From: Hyphochytrium catenoides
Lineage: Eukaryota; Protista; Hyphochytriomycota
DNA: 45,487 nt
NCBI GenBank assembly: GCA_900088475.1
Contig: FLMG01000322.1
Span: forward strand, 1 to 45,487
Direction of reading: 5' to 3'
Under the pieces are notes generated by a model, which worked only from the letters and a program-made list of their open reading frames with translations, made no database searches and was not told where the DNA came from. A program made the position numbers and the translations under genes. This document shows positions 11,133 to 22,556 of this stretch, in pieces. How positions within the stretch are numbered: position 1 is the stretch's first letter; each line of letters opens with the position of its first letter.

Positions 11133-13067
11133 CTATACATCGACGCTTTGGCCCTCATGCTGCCTGTTGATGAACTTGAAGAGCTCCGTTTGTACGTCTA
11201 GCAGCAGGCCAATAACCGGATAGCCTACTCCTTGATGCAGAAGAAACCCTGACAGATCCCCACAGAAAGATGCGACATCTGTCAGGGTAGGGAACAGTTC
11301 TCTCAGTCTCTCGAGCTTCTGTTGCCCTCCGTCGCGCTGAGCTTCATCCCTTTCTGCTGCGTTGCTCTCACTCCCTCCTCCGTCTCTCTGCACATTCTCA
11401 TCAACCATACGGCCTTCCGTTCCAAGGCCTTGGCCTCTGCCCCTTTTCGGGTCTTTGCTGTGTGTTAGATAGTCCGAGACGATAGACTCTTCTAGAATCT
11501 CCGCAAGAGCCTCAACATCTATATCCCCTGTGGCCAGCGAGAGAGTGACATCGCAGGAGGTAGGTCTCGCGTCATCCACATTCACATATTCCTGCACGGA
11601 TGGAGGAAGAGGTGGAGGATAGGCCTGACTTCCACCTCTTTGTCTTGCGATGTGATGTTGCGCAGCCTCCCAGAGCCTGCTAAGAAGGTCATGAAGGGCC
11701 TCTAGCGCTGTATGGATGTCTTCCTCAGCGGTGGAGGAGGTGAGAGAACGCACGTTGCTCCTACTTCTTCCAGACTGTTTACCTGCAGAGTGGAGGTGTG
11801 CTTTGGCAAAGCTTTCCTTTAGAATGCTCAGAGCGAGAGACTTCCAACATTCACTCATCCAGTGCAGGGCCTTAGATACATCGACTGCAAGCGAGGAGGG
11901 AGGGAGAGATGAAGTTGTCATCCTCGATTGCTCCAGTGTAGGGAGAACTGAGCTAAGCAATCTTCTTCGATAATTTAGCTTCCACGCTTGTATGATTCCT
12001 AGTCGGAGAGGATTGGCATTAGCAGAGGGAAAGAGCATTATCCGTGTCCTAGAGAGATTGAGATGTTCATAGTCTAGATGTGCAGCATTGTCGTCCATAA
12101 GCAAAAGGACATTTCTCTTCTGCCTCAGCATTTTGGTCTCAAAGCGTTCCAGCCAATTGCAGAAGAGTCTCTGTGTCATCCAACCCTGGTCATTGGCATG
12201 CCACTCTACAGGGAGAGATATAGGAAATGAGTCTTGAGAGAACGAGGAGAAGTCCCGTGGCTGATACTCATTGCTCACAACCAGAAGTCTCTCTTTCTCT
12301 CCCGCCATGTTGCAGCAGAAAAGAACCGTGAGGCCCCTTTGATTTGCCCCAAGACCCTGTGAGGAGAGAATGCCCGGCGGAAGAGGGACATTCGCATATT
12401 CTAGCACTGATTCTCCCACGACATAGACATCAGAGGGCTCGTAGTCATCTAGAATGAGTTCCAGCTTCTTGCTCCAGTTCTGACCAGCAGACAAAGGCAA
12501 GGATGTCCCGTCTGTAGAGTCCGAAGGGTTGGCACTCTTGTGCAGGATTTTGTACCGCCGCTTGAAGGAGTCGAGCCATCCGTTCGAGCCCTTAAAGCTA
12601 ACATTTCCTAATCTGTTGGCTATTGATAGAGCGCGCTGCTGAAGCTTGGGCCCAGTAACGGGTATACCCTTCGCTCTCGCCGCTTGATACCACTTCCAGA
12701 CGAGAAGATTAACTTCATCGCCCTTGGACTTAGAGACCTTGCGCTTGTTATCCACTGCATAGTTAGAAGTGTAGTCCTGGATGTACTCAGCCCGTCTTCG
12801 CAAGATTCGCTGTATGGAGGACTTCGAGATGTTGAACTTTGTTGCTAGGGCACGCTGTCCCAGCTTTTGGCGTTCTGCAGCTCTGATGATCTCTATTTTC
12901 TTTTCTAACGAGAGATAGGAACGGTCTTCCTTTTTGCCAGAACTGCCTTGCTCTAAAGGTTTGTCGCTTTCATTGAAGAGTGCGGCTTCTCCATCCTTAG
13001 CATCTTGTCTTGGCCGTTTTGGAGCTTTATTCTCTATCTCTTCAGTTCGGTACTGCTGCCTCTTCAT
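11133..13067 (-). CDS. pogo/Tigger transposase-derived protein (CENP-B/TIGD-like), 644 aa, probably catalytically inactive
   Basis: Intronless ORF. CENP-B N-terminal HTH (LSLEKKIEII...ALATKFNISKSSIQRILRRR), Tc5 HTH (LLVWKWYQAARAKGIPVTGPKLQQRAL...FKGSNGWLDSFKRRY) and DDE_1 motifs (LTVLFCCNMAGEK, GWMT, VLLLMDDNAAH, GIIQAWKLNYRRRLL). Confidence 0.92.
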   Translation of the reverse strand: MKRQQYRTEEIENKAPKRPRQDAKDGEAALFNESDKPLEQGSSGKKEDRSYLSLEKKIEIIRAAERQKLGQRALATKFNISKSSIQRILRRRAEYIQDYTSNYAVDNKRKVSKSKGDEVNLLVWKWYQAARAKGIPVTGPKLQQRALSIANRLGNVSFKGSNGWLDSFKRRYKILHKSANPSDSTDGTSLPLSAGQNWSKKLELILDDYEPSDVYVVGESVLEYANVPLPPGILSSQGLGANQRGLTVLFCCNMAGEKERLLVVSNEYQPRDFSSFSQDSFPISLPVEWHANDQGWMTQRLFCNWLERFETKMLRQKRNVLLLMDDNAAHLDYEHLNLSRTRIMLFPSANANPLRLGIIQAWKLNYRRRLLSSVLPTLEQSRMTTSSLPPSSLAVDVSKALHWMSECWKSLALSILKESFAKAHLHSAGKQSGRSRSNVRSLTSSTAEEDIHTALEALHDLLSRLWEAAQHHIARQRGGSQAYPPPLPPSVQEYVNVDDARPTSCDVTLSLATGDIDVEALAEILEESIVSDYLTHSKDPKRGRGQGLGTEGRMVDENVQRDGGGSESNAAERDEAQRDGGQQKLERLRELFPTLTDVASFCGDLSGFLLHQGVGYPVIGLLLDVQTELFKFINRQHEGQSVDV

Positions 13068-14042
13068 CGCCTCTCAAAGATCGAGAAGATGACCTCTTCC
13101 GAACTTCTTTAGGTAACTATCCGTCCTTTAGTGTGGGCCAGTCTTTGTCATCTCCTCCTTCCCGAAGGCTCTACGATGATGGAGCCGAGAGATGAGCAAA
13201 CTTCAGGGGTGAAGTGGTGCCCATCTCGATTAGGTGGTTGACTATTGGGTGTACTCTGAAGAGACTGACTCTTGACTGGGTTATGCACCAGGGAACGAAG
13301 AATAGATACCACTGCTCACTCTCAGCATAACCGCAGATTGACCGTCTCCCTTATCTCTCGCCTTCGTCTTCGCTGAATGGTCTCGGAGCAGAACCAAGCC
13401 AGGTCATCACCAGTTTGCAATCTCTTGTCTGTTCAAATCTTCCAAAGCTTCATCTCAGATCTCAACTTGTGAAGAAATCTGCACAAAATAAGATAGGCCC
13501 GTCAAGCTTCAGTAACTCCATTGATTGATTTATTGGATTTTGAAGAATAATCAGTAAAAGGATAACCATGAGCATGAAAGCCTTGAGTCTCCTCATAATT
13601 GATCTGTAAAGCTTTGTTCAGATTTTGATTTTTTGGGCCTTTTTGGAGTTTTGGAGTTTTTGTTGGGTCTCCCATTATCACGTCCTTTCCTGCGCTTTCT
13701 GCAGATATCTCAAAACAGAGCTCACAGTCCCAATAACTCTCCTGGTGATGGCCTATAAGCAGATGGCGTAGGGCAAGGGCAGAGTGCTCTGCTTGCTCAT
13801 AACTCCTTCGTAAATGATACTCTGTATTCGTCTGACTTGGACCATAGATCACCTTTTTTAGCCGCATCATCATCACGCTGCGAAGACCTTAACGGCCTTA
13901 ACAAGTCGATCAAGTGGCGTGGCTAGGTGGTTCGCCCTTGAACATCAAGGGCTTGAAGAGGCGAAATGGCGCCGGCAAGGGTTGAAGACCAGTTTGCCTC
14001 TTGACATTGGGCAATCGCTAGTCTGTGAGCAGGGCGAGAAAG

Positions 14043-16524
14043 ATGAATGAAAAGCATGGTATCAACGTCCAAGCGGTCATTGTAGTGCTGATAGCTGCCC
14101 TCGTACTTTGGCTCCTGGCACGCCAGATTCGAGTCCATGTTCGAAGACGTGCTTGGGAGAAAAAGTTTCGTCTGGCAGGGGGTAAGAAGCGCTTATACGC
14201 TAACTTTAAATGTGCCACTCTGCTTGCCTCACCCTTCAGCCATTGCTCTCAATCTCTCTATCTCTCTGACCTCTCCCCCTCTCTCTCTCTGTGTGGCTTT
14301 CTCACCTCGCCGCACAGAAGCATGCCTTCTATCTTGGTCTCTTACTCTGTCCTTCCCTTCTGCTCACTTTTGCCTACTAGCCTATGCTTTCTTAGAAGTA
14401 TCGCACCTACCATCAAGTATTCTGGACCCTTCATCTTTGACTGGCAATTCCTCTCATCGATCCGTCGCTTTGCTCGGACAGATTCACTCATCTGCTTTGG
14501 TTTCTCGGACTTGGAGGTCCCTGATGAGTTCATACTAGAACGCTTAGGCCTGACGTCAAAGGCTGCTGGACCCGAAGAGCCCAGCGATCTGTTGGGCTAC
14601 GGAACTACCGGAAACGTATATCTCCGGCGCGATCGTAGCGCCAAGCATGGAGGCCTGCTGGCAGTTAAGCTGTTTAGAGATCCAAATACATTCTTTCATG
14701 GACTGGAAGAGATTAAGGTAAGAGCTGAGTAGTCAGAGACACGAGAAGATTTTTGAGAGAGAAGTCTCTGCCTGGACTTCCGCATCAACTAAATGGTGAC
14801 TCTACGCCCTCTTCTTCGCCCTACGCCCCTTCGGGACGGCCTCTGACTCCCTACAGTCCTGTCATCTTTCTCAGGACCGTTGATCTTCCTATTAGCTTCT
14901 TTACTTGACTCTCTTTCTTAACAAAACGTCGTCTTTCCCATTGCGGACCTCCGACAGATCCAAGGCAAGGCCCGCGGTAATCATATTGTGGACATAATTG
15001 GCTATGTCTACAAGCTCTCGTCTGATGCTTCCACGGTCAAAGAGCTGGGCCTTGTGATGGAATTCTGTCCTCACGGCAACCTAGAGGCGAGGATACTGTC
15101 TACCAAAGGAGAGAGGATACCTGAGAGTGACGTGCTGCGGTGGATGTACCAGCTCTCTCGAGCCCTAAGTCACCTTCACCGCCATAGGATAGTCAATGGG
15201 GATGTCAAGTACGTATTGCCTACCATTGCTTCATGATCTTTTCCGTCTTTTCTTACTTATTGGCGCATGATACTCTGACCAGCTCCGGTCATCCTCTTTA
15301 CGTGCCTGGCCTAGTAGGAGGTAAAGACCTCTCTCTGAATACCTACGAAATTCACCTCCTTCGCTCCTCCTCTGCTCCATCCCAACACTATGCGTTGGTT
15401 AGCACTCTAATCTGGCCTAAACTGCAAACACCCTAGGTCCTCCAACATACTCTTCACTGCAGACAACAACGTCAAGGTTGGCGATTTTGGCTCTGCATCT
15501 CTTCTATCTCCAGAATCACCTTTTCTCGTCGGGTACTGGGGAACTCCCGAATATGATCCACCTGAAATCCTAAGGCAGAGCTGCGCTCAAGGAGAGGAGA
15601 AGTTCAGCTTAAAAGTGGATATATGGGCTATGGGCTGCGTCCTCTACGAGATGCTAACTGGCAAACTGCTGGAAGAAGTTCTAGCACACAAATCTCTCTC
15701 CTCTGTTCTCTCTGACATTCCAGCCATATATGGACCCAGGCCAAGGGAACTACTGCAAATGCTCCTTGCTCCTGAACCAGACCTAAGAGCGACGGCAGAG
15801 GAAGTAGCTGAACTTCTAGAAAAGGACAGAGAAAGAGGACGAACAGTCCATTCTTCCGCCTTCAAGGCCAAACACTTCCAGCACCTGGAAGCTAGTCAAA
15901 CACTAAAGAGAGTTCATTACAATAGCTTTGAGGTGCGGTTCACCCTCAAGGGCCTCCACCCTATGGTGTCTATCTTTTGTTCCTCGGTAGTGTAGTAAGT
16001 CCATCAGGTCGACTTACTAGCAAACGATCACCTTCCTTCACGCTACATCCTGTTCGTGCCGTCTAATGTTGGCCTCTTTGTAGGTTTCATCAGAGAGAAA
16101 GGTCTCACATCATTCAATCTCAACTGCGGTGAATGGCGGAAGCGAAGACCGAAGAACGCAAACGCCAAGACCAGCGGAGGACGATCTGCCTCTTCTCCCT
16201 TCTGGCACAACCAACCTCTTCCAACGTAGCTCAGGATCGTTTCAAGGAGAGAAGGTAGGGGTGCACTATAACCCCGAGAAAATCGAGAGGAAGAGAAAGA
16301 CAGCAAACGGTTTGAAGGTTCCGGAAGAGAAAAGGTCAAAATCCTCGCTTCTGTCTGAGAGCGAGCAACAAAGAAAAAGAGCTCTAGAAGAGCTCTCAGC
16401 AGTGCAGAGAGAAGCCGTAGAGAGTGAAGGAAAAAAGAGAGCAGTAAGGCAAGACGAACTGTCAACCAAGCGAAGAAAGCCATGCTCTACAAGCCATAAG
16501 AGAATAAAAGCAAGTCGGGCGTAG
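14043..16524 (+). CDS. Ser/Thr protein kinase (NEK-like core) with N-terminal transmembrane segment. Exons 14043-14181, 14482-14717, 14958-15208, 15437-15932, 16084-16524
   Basis: Hydrophobic AVIVVLIAALVLWLLA followed by basic residues; GYGTTGNV, AVK, VMEFC, NGDVKSSNIL, VKVGDFG, GTPEYDPPE, DIWAMGCVLYEM. Exons join in frame; exon 2 acceptor and last exon are less certain. Confidence 0.88.
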
Positions 16525-17042
16525 CAGTGGTTCGTAGTCTTTGCCTAAGGTGACGCCAAACATCACAGCCGCCTCTCTTCAAAGAAGAGAAAGAGAATGA
16601 TAGTCTACCCGCAAGCAAAAGGTGGAGCCTTGTCCATAGTAGTACTGGTCAAGACGAAGTGAGACATCATGGTATCTCCCAATGAGAGCCAACTTAGGGC
16701 CGATTGAGAGAGATTCTGATCTGAGACATGACTCTGCCTGAAAGAGCTGAAGCTGATAACCAGGAGAGACATGGCTGACGAGAGATGAGGGTGGCACAGA
16801 AGATAGGGAAAGTAGGATAGATAATGCTCAGGAAACTCTGAGGGTTGGTCGCAGCCTTTATATACATAGCAGCTGAATGTCTCACTATCAGTGGGACAAA
16901 TATAGAAGACTGTTAGAGAAGGAGCAACGAGTCTTAGGAGCCCTAACGGGAAGAGATCAAAGAGAACTTAAGACCTCCACTGCGGATCCCGAAGAGAAAG
17001 ATTGAGGAGAGAGATGAAAGGCGGACGGCACGCGAGCTAAAT

Positions 17043-17991
17043 CTATCCCTTTATCTTCTGCACCATCCAGGCATCGTTTCCATCCTGGCCGCCAAACCCT
17101 GTGACCTCTTGATGTCTCCTTCCTTTGTGATCCCACGTAATACTATGGCTATGCAGATTATGGTTCGTCCCCTCATGAACCAGCCTAACAAGGAGGAGAA
17201 ACCCAGAGAGAGAAAATGGACGAGGGGGAAGCAGGCAAGGGGCGTTCGTCAGCTTTGTCAGAGGCAGCCAACAAAGCAGTTGAGATGCTGGGCCAACGTC
17301 TCTCCCAAGGACTCAAAGACAAGAAGAGAGAGAGAGAGAGAGCCTGGCACAAATAGAAGACGACATAGAAAGGTATTGAGTCTCAGTGGCGGCGACCGTC
17401 CTCCCTCCACGGAGAGAGAGAACTCTCAGGCTAGGAGGAACAGTGATGAAAAAAGCGAAGAGGGGAGAGAGAGAGCAAATGAGAGAGAGAGAGAGAGAGA
17501 AAGAGGGAGAAAGAGGGAGAAAGAGAGAGACGGAGACAGAGAGAGAGCAAGGGCATCAGCGGCAGTGGCGCTTACCTCACTTGATGGCCCAACCTCCACT
17601 CAAAGGCCGTTGTAGTGCCGGAGAAGGGCTGGAGCTTCCAGTTGTCATTCTCGTCCACTCCTCCATAGACCGTCACCTCTCTCTGTCCTGATGCAGGTGA
17701 AGAGATGTCGTGGCTGTGGAGGAATGCGCCACTTTGATGGTGTCTGAGTCTAATGACAGTGCCAACTCTAACATTTTCATAGAGATTCCCACGCCAACCT
17801 TGTCCTGGGCACACCTCCCACCACTCTCCTCCGTCTCCTTCTTCGCTGCTGCAGGAGACAATCTGCTGCCTGGACCCGGCTGGATAGTTCTCTCCCGGCT
17901 GCGAGTGGAGGTACCGCCCCGTCTGCACGTGACGAAGCACGATTTTGGCGCCGTAGAAGACTGTCTGATTGGGATCCGAGCTGACTGACAT
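17043..17991 (-). CDS. MIR-domain (beta-trefoil) protein, SDF2-like, about 185 aa. Exons 17991-17576, 17184-17043
   Basis: Three MIR repeats: IVLRHVQTGRYLHS...QQIVS, IRLRHHQSGAFLHSH...QREVTVY...NDNW, VRLVHEGTNHNLHSH...HQEVTGF...NDAW; phase-2 GT-AG intron. Confidence 0.9.
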
Positions 17992-18219
17992 TGCACCTCC
18001 TTTCTTGTCTTCAATCCACGCTCTCTCTCTCTCTCTCTCTCTCTCTTCGTTGTCTGTCTCCTCCCTGGGCCTCTGACAGATTACTGTTATCTATCAGGAA
18101 ACCTCTCAGCGTGCCTGTGTCCTTGCCGTTCTCCAGGTTTTGCTGGCTCCAACTCCGTCTTCCCCACTCAACACAGAAATGTGCTGGCGACGACGGGGTT
18201 GAAGAGATTAGAATGAGTT

Positions 18220-18450
18220 AGAGGGAGAGGAGAGAGTGAGAGAAGAGAGACAGAGAGAGAGTGTGTGAGAGAGAGAGAGAGACAGAGAGAGAGACAGAGA
18301 GAGAGAGAGGGAAAGAGAGAGAGAGAGTGAGAGAGAGTGAGAGAGAGTGTGAGAGAGAGAGAGAAAGAGAGGGGGTGAGAGAGAGAGACAGAGAGAGAGA
18401 GTGTGAGGGAGAAAGAGAGAGAGAGAGAGAGAGAGAGAAGAGAAAGAGGA
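18220..18450. repeat. Long compound (GA)n microsatellite
   Basis: Direct inspection. Confidence 0.95.
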
Positions 18451-18730
18451 AACGATGCAGGAGGCTGGCTGTCTCTCCAACTAAAGTGGATCTCACTCAT
18501 CAAACGGAGCAGTTACCCTGAAGATCCCAAAGATCCCGCAGTATTAGTAATACAAGGTGCCGTACCCCAGAGCACAGTAATACCAATAGTAATACTCCCT
18601 TCCAAGGAAACCACAGACGAGTCACCCTCTCTCGAAGATTAACCGTTGACTCCCTAAATGTATTACGTTATGTTTGACTTCTTCTTATCGTTAACCGCCC
18701 CGGCAGTTCAGAACACGCCAAAGCCACCAC

Positions 18731-18883
18731 NNNNNNNNNNNNNNNNNNNNNNNNNNNNNNNNNNNNNNNNNNNNNNNNNNNNNNNNNNNNNNNNNNNNNN
18801 NNNNNNNNNNNNNNNNNNNNNNNNNNNNNNNNNNNNNNNNNNNNNNNNNNNNNNNNNNNNNNNNNNNNNNNNNNNNNNNNNNN
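18731..18883. other. Assembly gap (N run)
   Basis: Run of n. Confidence 1.
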
Positions 18884-19144
18884 AATAGAACTACAAGGAG
18901 ACCTCACCTCGGCTCTTTCTCTTTTATTTTTTCTTCATGCTTGGATGCACTTCTCTTTCCTTCACTTCTTTCCAGATCTGCTTTCTCTCATTCTGAGCTC
19001 CTCCTCTTCTTGGGTTCGCAGTCGCTCCCCGTCTTTCTCTCCCCTCCAAGTAGCCTCCCTTCCTCTCTCTTGATTTTCCTCCGCCTGTCCTCCACGCCGC
19101 GTTTATAGGATGGTTGAGACTCGGAATAGAGTTTGCTAGCGACA

Positions 19145-22100
19145 ATGCGAGCCTTGATTCCCTTTCTTCGATTTTCCGTTCCTCCTCCTCCCCTGCGGCG
19201 TCACCATGCCTGGGACATTGCTCAGCGCCTCATAGAGCTAAATGCTGCCCGTCAGCAGCATTCGTCCGCCACAGAAAGCACAGTTCCTTCAGCTCTCACA
19301 CTCTCGCCAGAGACTCGGCGCAAACGGAAGAGAAACCCAGATTTTGCCACCTTAGACGCTTCTGACTTGGCCTTCTTTAAAAAACTCTTAGGAGAGAACC
19401 ATGTGATCACTGACAGTCATACTCTCTCTACCTTCAACATGGACTGGACGAAGAAGTACAGAGGACACTCACAGGTCGCACTCACCCCGAAGACTACTGA
19501 GGAGGTCTCAGAGGTACTTCGCTATTGCAATGACAGAAGATTGGCGGTAGTCCCTCAAGGTGGAAACACGGGGCTAGTAGGCGGCAGCGTCCCTGTCTTC
19601 GACGAAGTTATACTGAGCACCAAGGCCATGAACCAGATCCTGGAATTTGATGATACGTCGGGGGTGATCAGCTGTCAGGTGCGGCTGCGGAAGAAGAATT
19701 TAACAAGATTTCTTCACTCGGTTTTCCGCGCGCTCTCTCTGTCTCTGTCTCTCTGTCGCTCTCTGAGTCTCTGTCTCTCCTCTCATCTTAGCTCTCTTCC
19801 AGTCACACTTTCGCTGTCTCACCTCTGTCTTTTTGTTCTCTTCGCCCTCTCCTCTCGCTAGCGTACTCGCTCGTCTGTAGGGGCTCTCTTGCGTCTTTCC
19901 ATGCACCAATCTCCATGTCTCTTTACGCCACTCTGCCTCGTGATAGTAGATGCTGAGCTGGGACTCACGTGAAGTGGTTTTATGCTTACCCTCATCTGGG
20001 TGCACTCAGTGTGTTCTCCTTCTGATCCTCGGGTCGGCTTCATCTAGGCGGGTTGCATACTGGAAACCCTCGACCACTGGCTGGCGGAGCAAGGCTTCAT
20101 GATGCCACTGGATCTGGGCGCCAAAGGCTCCTGTCACATTGGAGGAAATGTTGCCACGAATGCTGGAGGGCTCCGGTTTATCCGCTACGGCTCTCTGCAT
20201 GGCAATGTGCTAGGGCTGAAGGCTGTCCTGGCAGACGGAGAGGTGCTTGTCGCTCAGAGTGGCTTTGTTATGTCTCAGCCGTCTTCTGTTACTCTCTGGA
20301 TTTCCTGCCAGCTCTAGACGACAGACTGGCGGTGCTCCTCTGACGACATATTTATCTATCCCTTCCTCACCCCGTCTGTCACGTTTGCTCCCTCTCTTTC
20401 TCTCACCCTATCTCCAGTCATTCTCTTTCTGTCTATATGCTTCTGTGGTTGCTCTCCGCTGATCTTTTTCCCTGCATGCACCTGTCACTCATCTAACGTT
20501 CAGCGCAATCATGGCAAAGATAAGCTGACAGGAATTAACCCTCAGGTGTTGGATCTCATGTCCACCATGCGAAAGGATAATGCAGGTTATGATCTGAAGC
20601 AGCTGTTTATTGGGTCAGAGGGAACCCTTGGTATTATCACTGAAGTGGCGGTACTAACGCCACGGAGGCCGCTAGTTAGAAATGTGGCCATGTTTGCTTG
20701 TGCGGACTTTTCCTCTGTGCTGCACGTCTTCGCGGAGGTTAGCCCCCATCTTAACCTGTCAACCGTCATGGTCGGCCACTACGACGCGGTGCTCTCGGCT
20801 GTGTTTATGTTCAGCTCTGTAACTTTTGCCCGCCTCCTCCCTGGAAACTTGGGTGTCCGTCCCACACAATATCCCCCTGCCCTTTTCCCGCCTAGGGTGT
20901 TGTCCCACTATCGGGCGACATCTTTGCATTCCTTTTCACTGTCAATAAGCCAACACCACTCCTCTCACCTCTCTCTGCCTCTGGCATAACTCTCTTACAG
21001 AGCCACGTGCCATATTTTACGATGCTTGCTTTTCAAACAATTTATTTTGCCCTCACGCTGTCCGTCTCAGGCTAGGCGAGTACTAAGTGAGATCGTATCA
21101 GCGGTTGAGTTTCTTGATCACGCAGCCTACGAAGCGGTGTTTGAAGCGCAAAGCTGGAAACGCAAGCCCTTTGCAGAACCGCACGAGTTCTATGTCCTAA
21201 TTGAGACGACGGGAAGGTCCGCCTTTCCTCTTTTTTGCTGCCTCTGTCCCAGCACGCCCTTGGTATCTCCAGACCTCTCTCCTCTCTGCGCTTTTGTCCA
21301 AATGACCATTTCACATATCTTTCTGATTGTTGCCTGCAGCTCTGAAGCCCATGATTCCGAGAAGCTAGACCAATTTTACGACGTTCTCTTCGCCAAAGGT
21401 TTGACGCTTAGGCTTTTGTTATTGCTTTCCGCTGCCCAGGCCCATCGACCAGCTTACTCCTATGTCTTAACCTGCAAACGCACATTGTTTACTTCTCTCT
21501 CTATTGATGGCCGTATTCTGACAGAGATTATCCGCGATGGTGTGGTTGCCCCTGATAAGAAGACCTCGATAGACCTCTTTGAGATCCGAGAGAGCGTTCC
21601 TACTGCCTGTGCGGACCAAGGATTCGTCTATAAATATGATATCTCTCTTCCTCTCCAAGGCATGTACAAAATGGTGGAGAGGACTAGGGACAAGCTGAAG
21701 CAGGCAGGAGTGAAAGTGGTAGGATTATTTCAGTCTACCTGCTTCCCTTTTTTCAGCTAGCCTTCGTGGTTTTCGCCTCCTGCTACTAAAGCGACGTAGA
21801 TACCTTCTCACCACTACCTCCCAATGTAACTAGAGAGGTCCGCTACGCACTACGTGCTTGATATACTTCTCCTCCCCAACGCCTTCCATCGGTTTCTTCT
21901 TCCTACCTCTCTCTTCTCTCTTTCTGCCCCTCCCATAACGTATACTTGCACACATCTCATCGAGCTCTCTCGCTTCTTTATATCTTTCTCTTCTATGTTC
22001 CGCATGTCCTATTGGCTGCTTCAACGTCTCTCCTCAGGTTGGTTATGGTCATGTAGGCGACTGCAACCTTCATATAAATGTGGTGTGTCCCGAGTTCAAC

Positions 22101-22556
22101 GACAATCCCGATGTGCTAGCAGAGCTGGAGCCCTACGTGTTCGAAGAGACAGGTAGGAAATCTTTTCGTAGAGGGGAGAGAAGAGTGTCACAGATGGGTA
22201 GAGAGGCGAAGGGAATGAGAAGAGATAAGAGGAGCCTACTGAGATCAAGAGCCAAAGATGCACGAAGGCTGGCACCTGTAGATTCAGAGAGAGTCTAGTA
22301 GCGATAAGGCAACGCCTTCGCCATTAGAGTCCTCCTATGTACTACTTGCTCTTGATGACTCTTAACTAACATGTTGCTCCTGCCTCTCTACCCAGCCAAA
22401 GTCCGCGGTAGTATCAGTGCCGAGCACGGTGTTGGCCAACAGAAGCTCGAGTTCCTACCCTTATCTCGGAATGAAGGAGCCGTGAAGATGATGCGAAGAG
22501 TGAAAGCAATGATGGATCCGAAAGGCATCCTCAACCCGTACAAAGTGGTTTCCTGA
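19145..22556 (+). CDS. D2HGDH: D-2-hydroxyglutarate dehydrogenase (FAD-linked oxidase), likely mitochondrial. 8 exons: 19145-19678, 20048-20242, 20546-20737, 21071-21216, 21340-21398, 21525-21718, 22038-22152, 22396-22556
   Basis: [105 protein letters not shown]; Arg-rich N-terminal presequence. Confidence 0.96.

Noticed and set aside
11133-13067. Active DNA transposon
   Set aside because: Two of three catalytic Asp positions are substituted and no TIR/TSD is visible; treated as a CDS.
18480-18730. Non-repetitive sequence abutting the first N gap, possible TE end
   Set aside because: No LTR, TIR, poly-A or coding motif recognisable; the gap prevents assessment.
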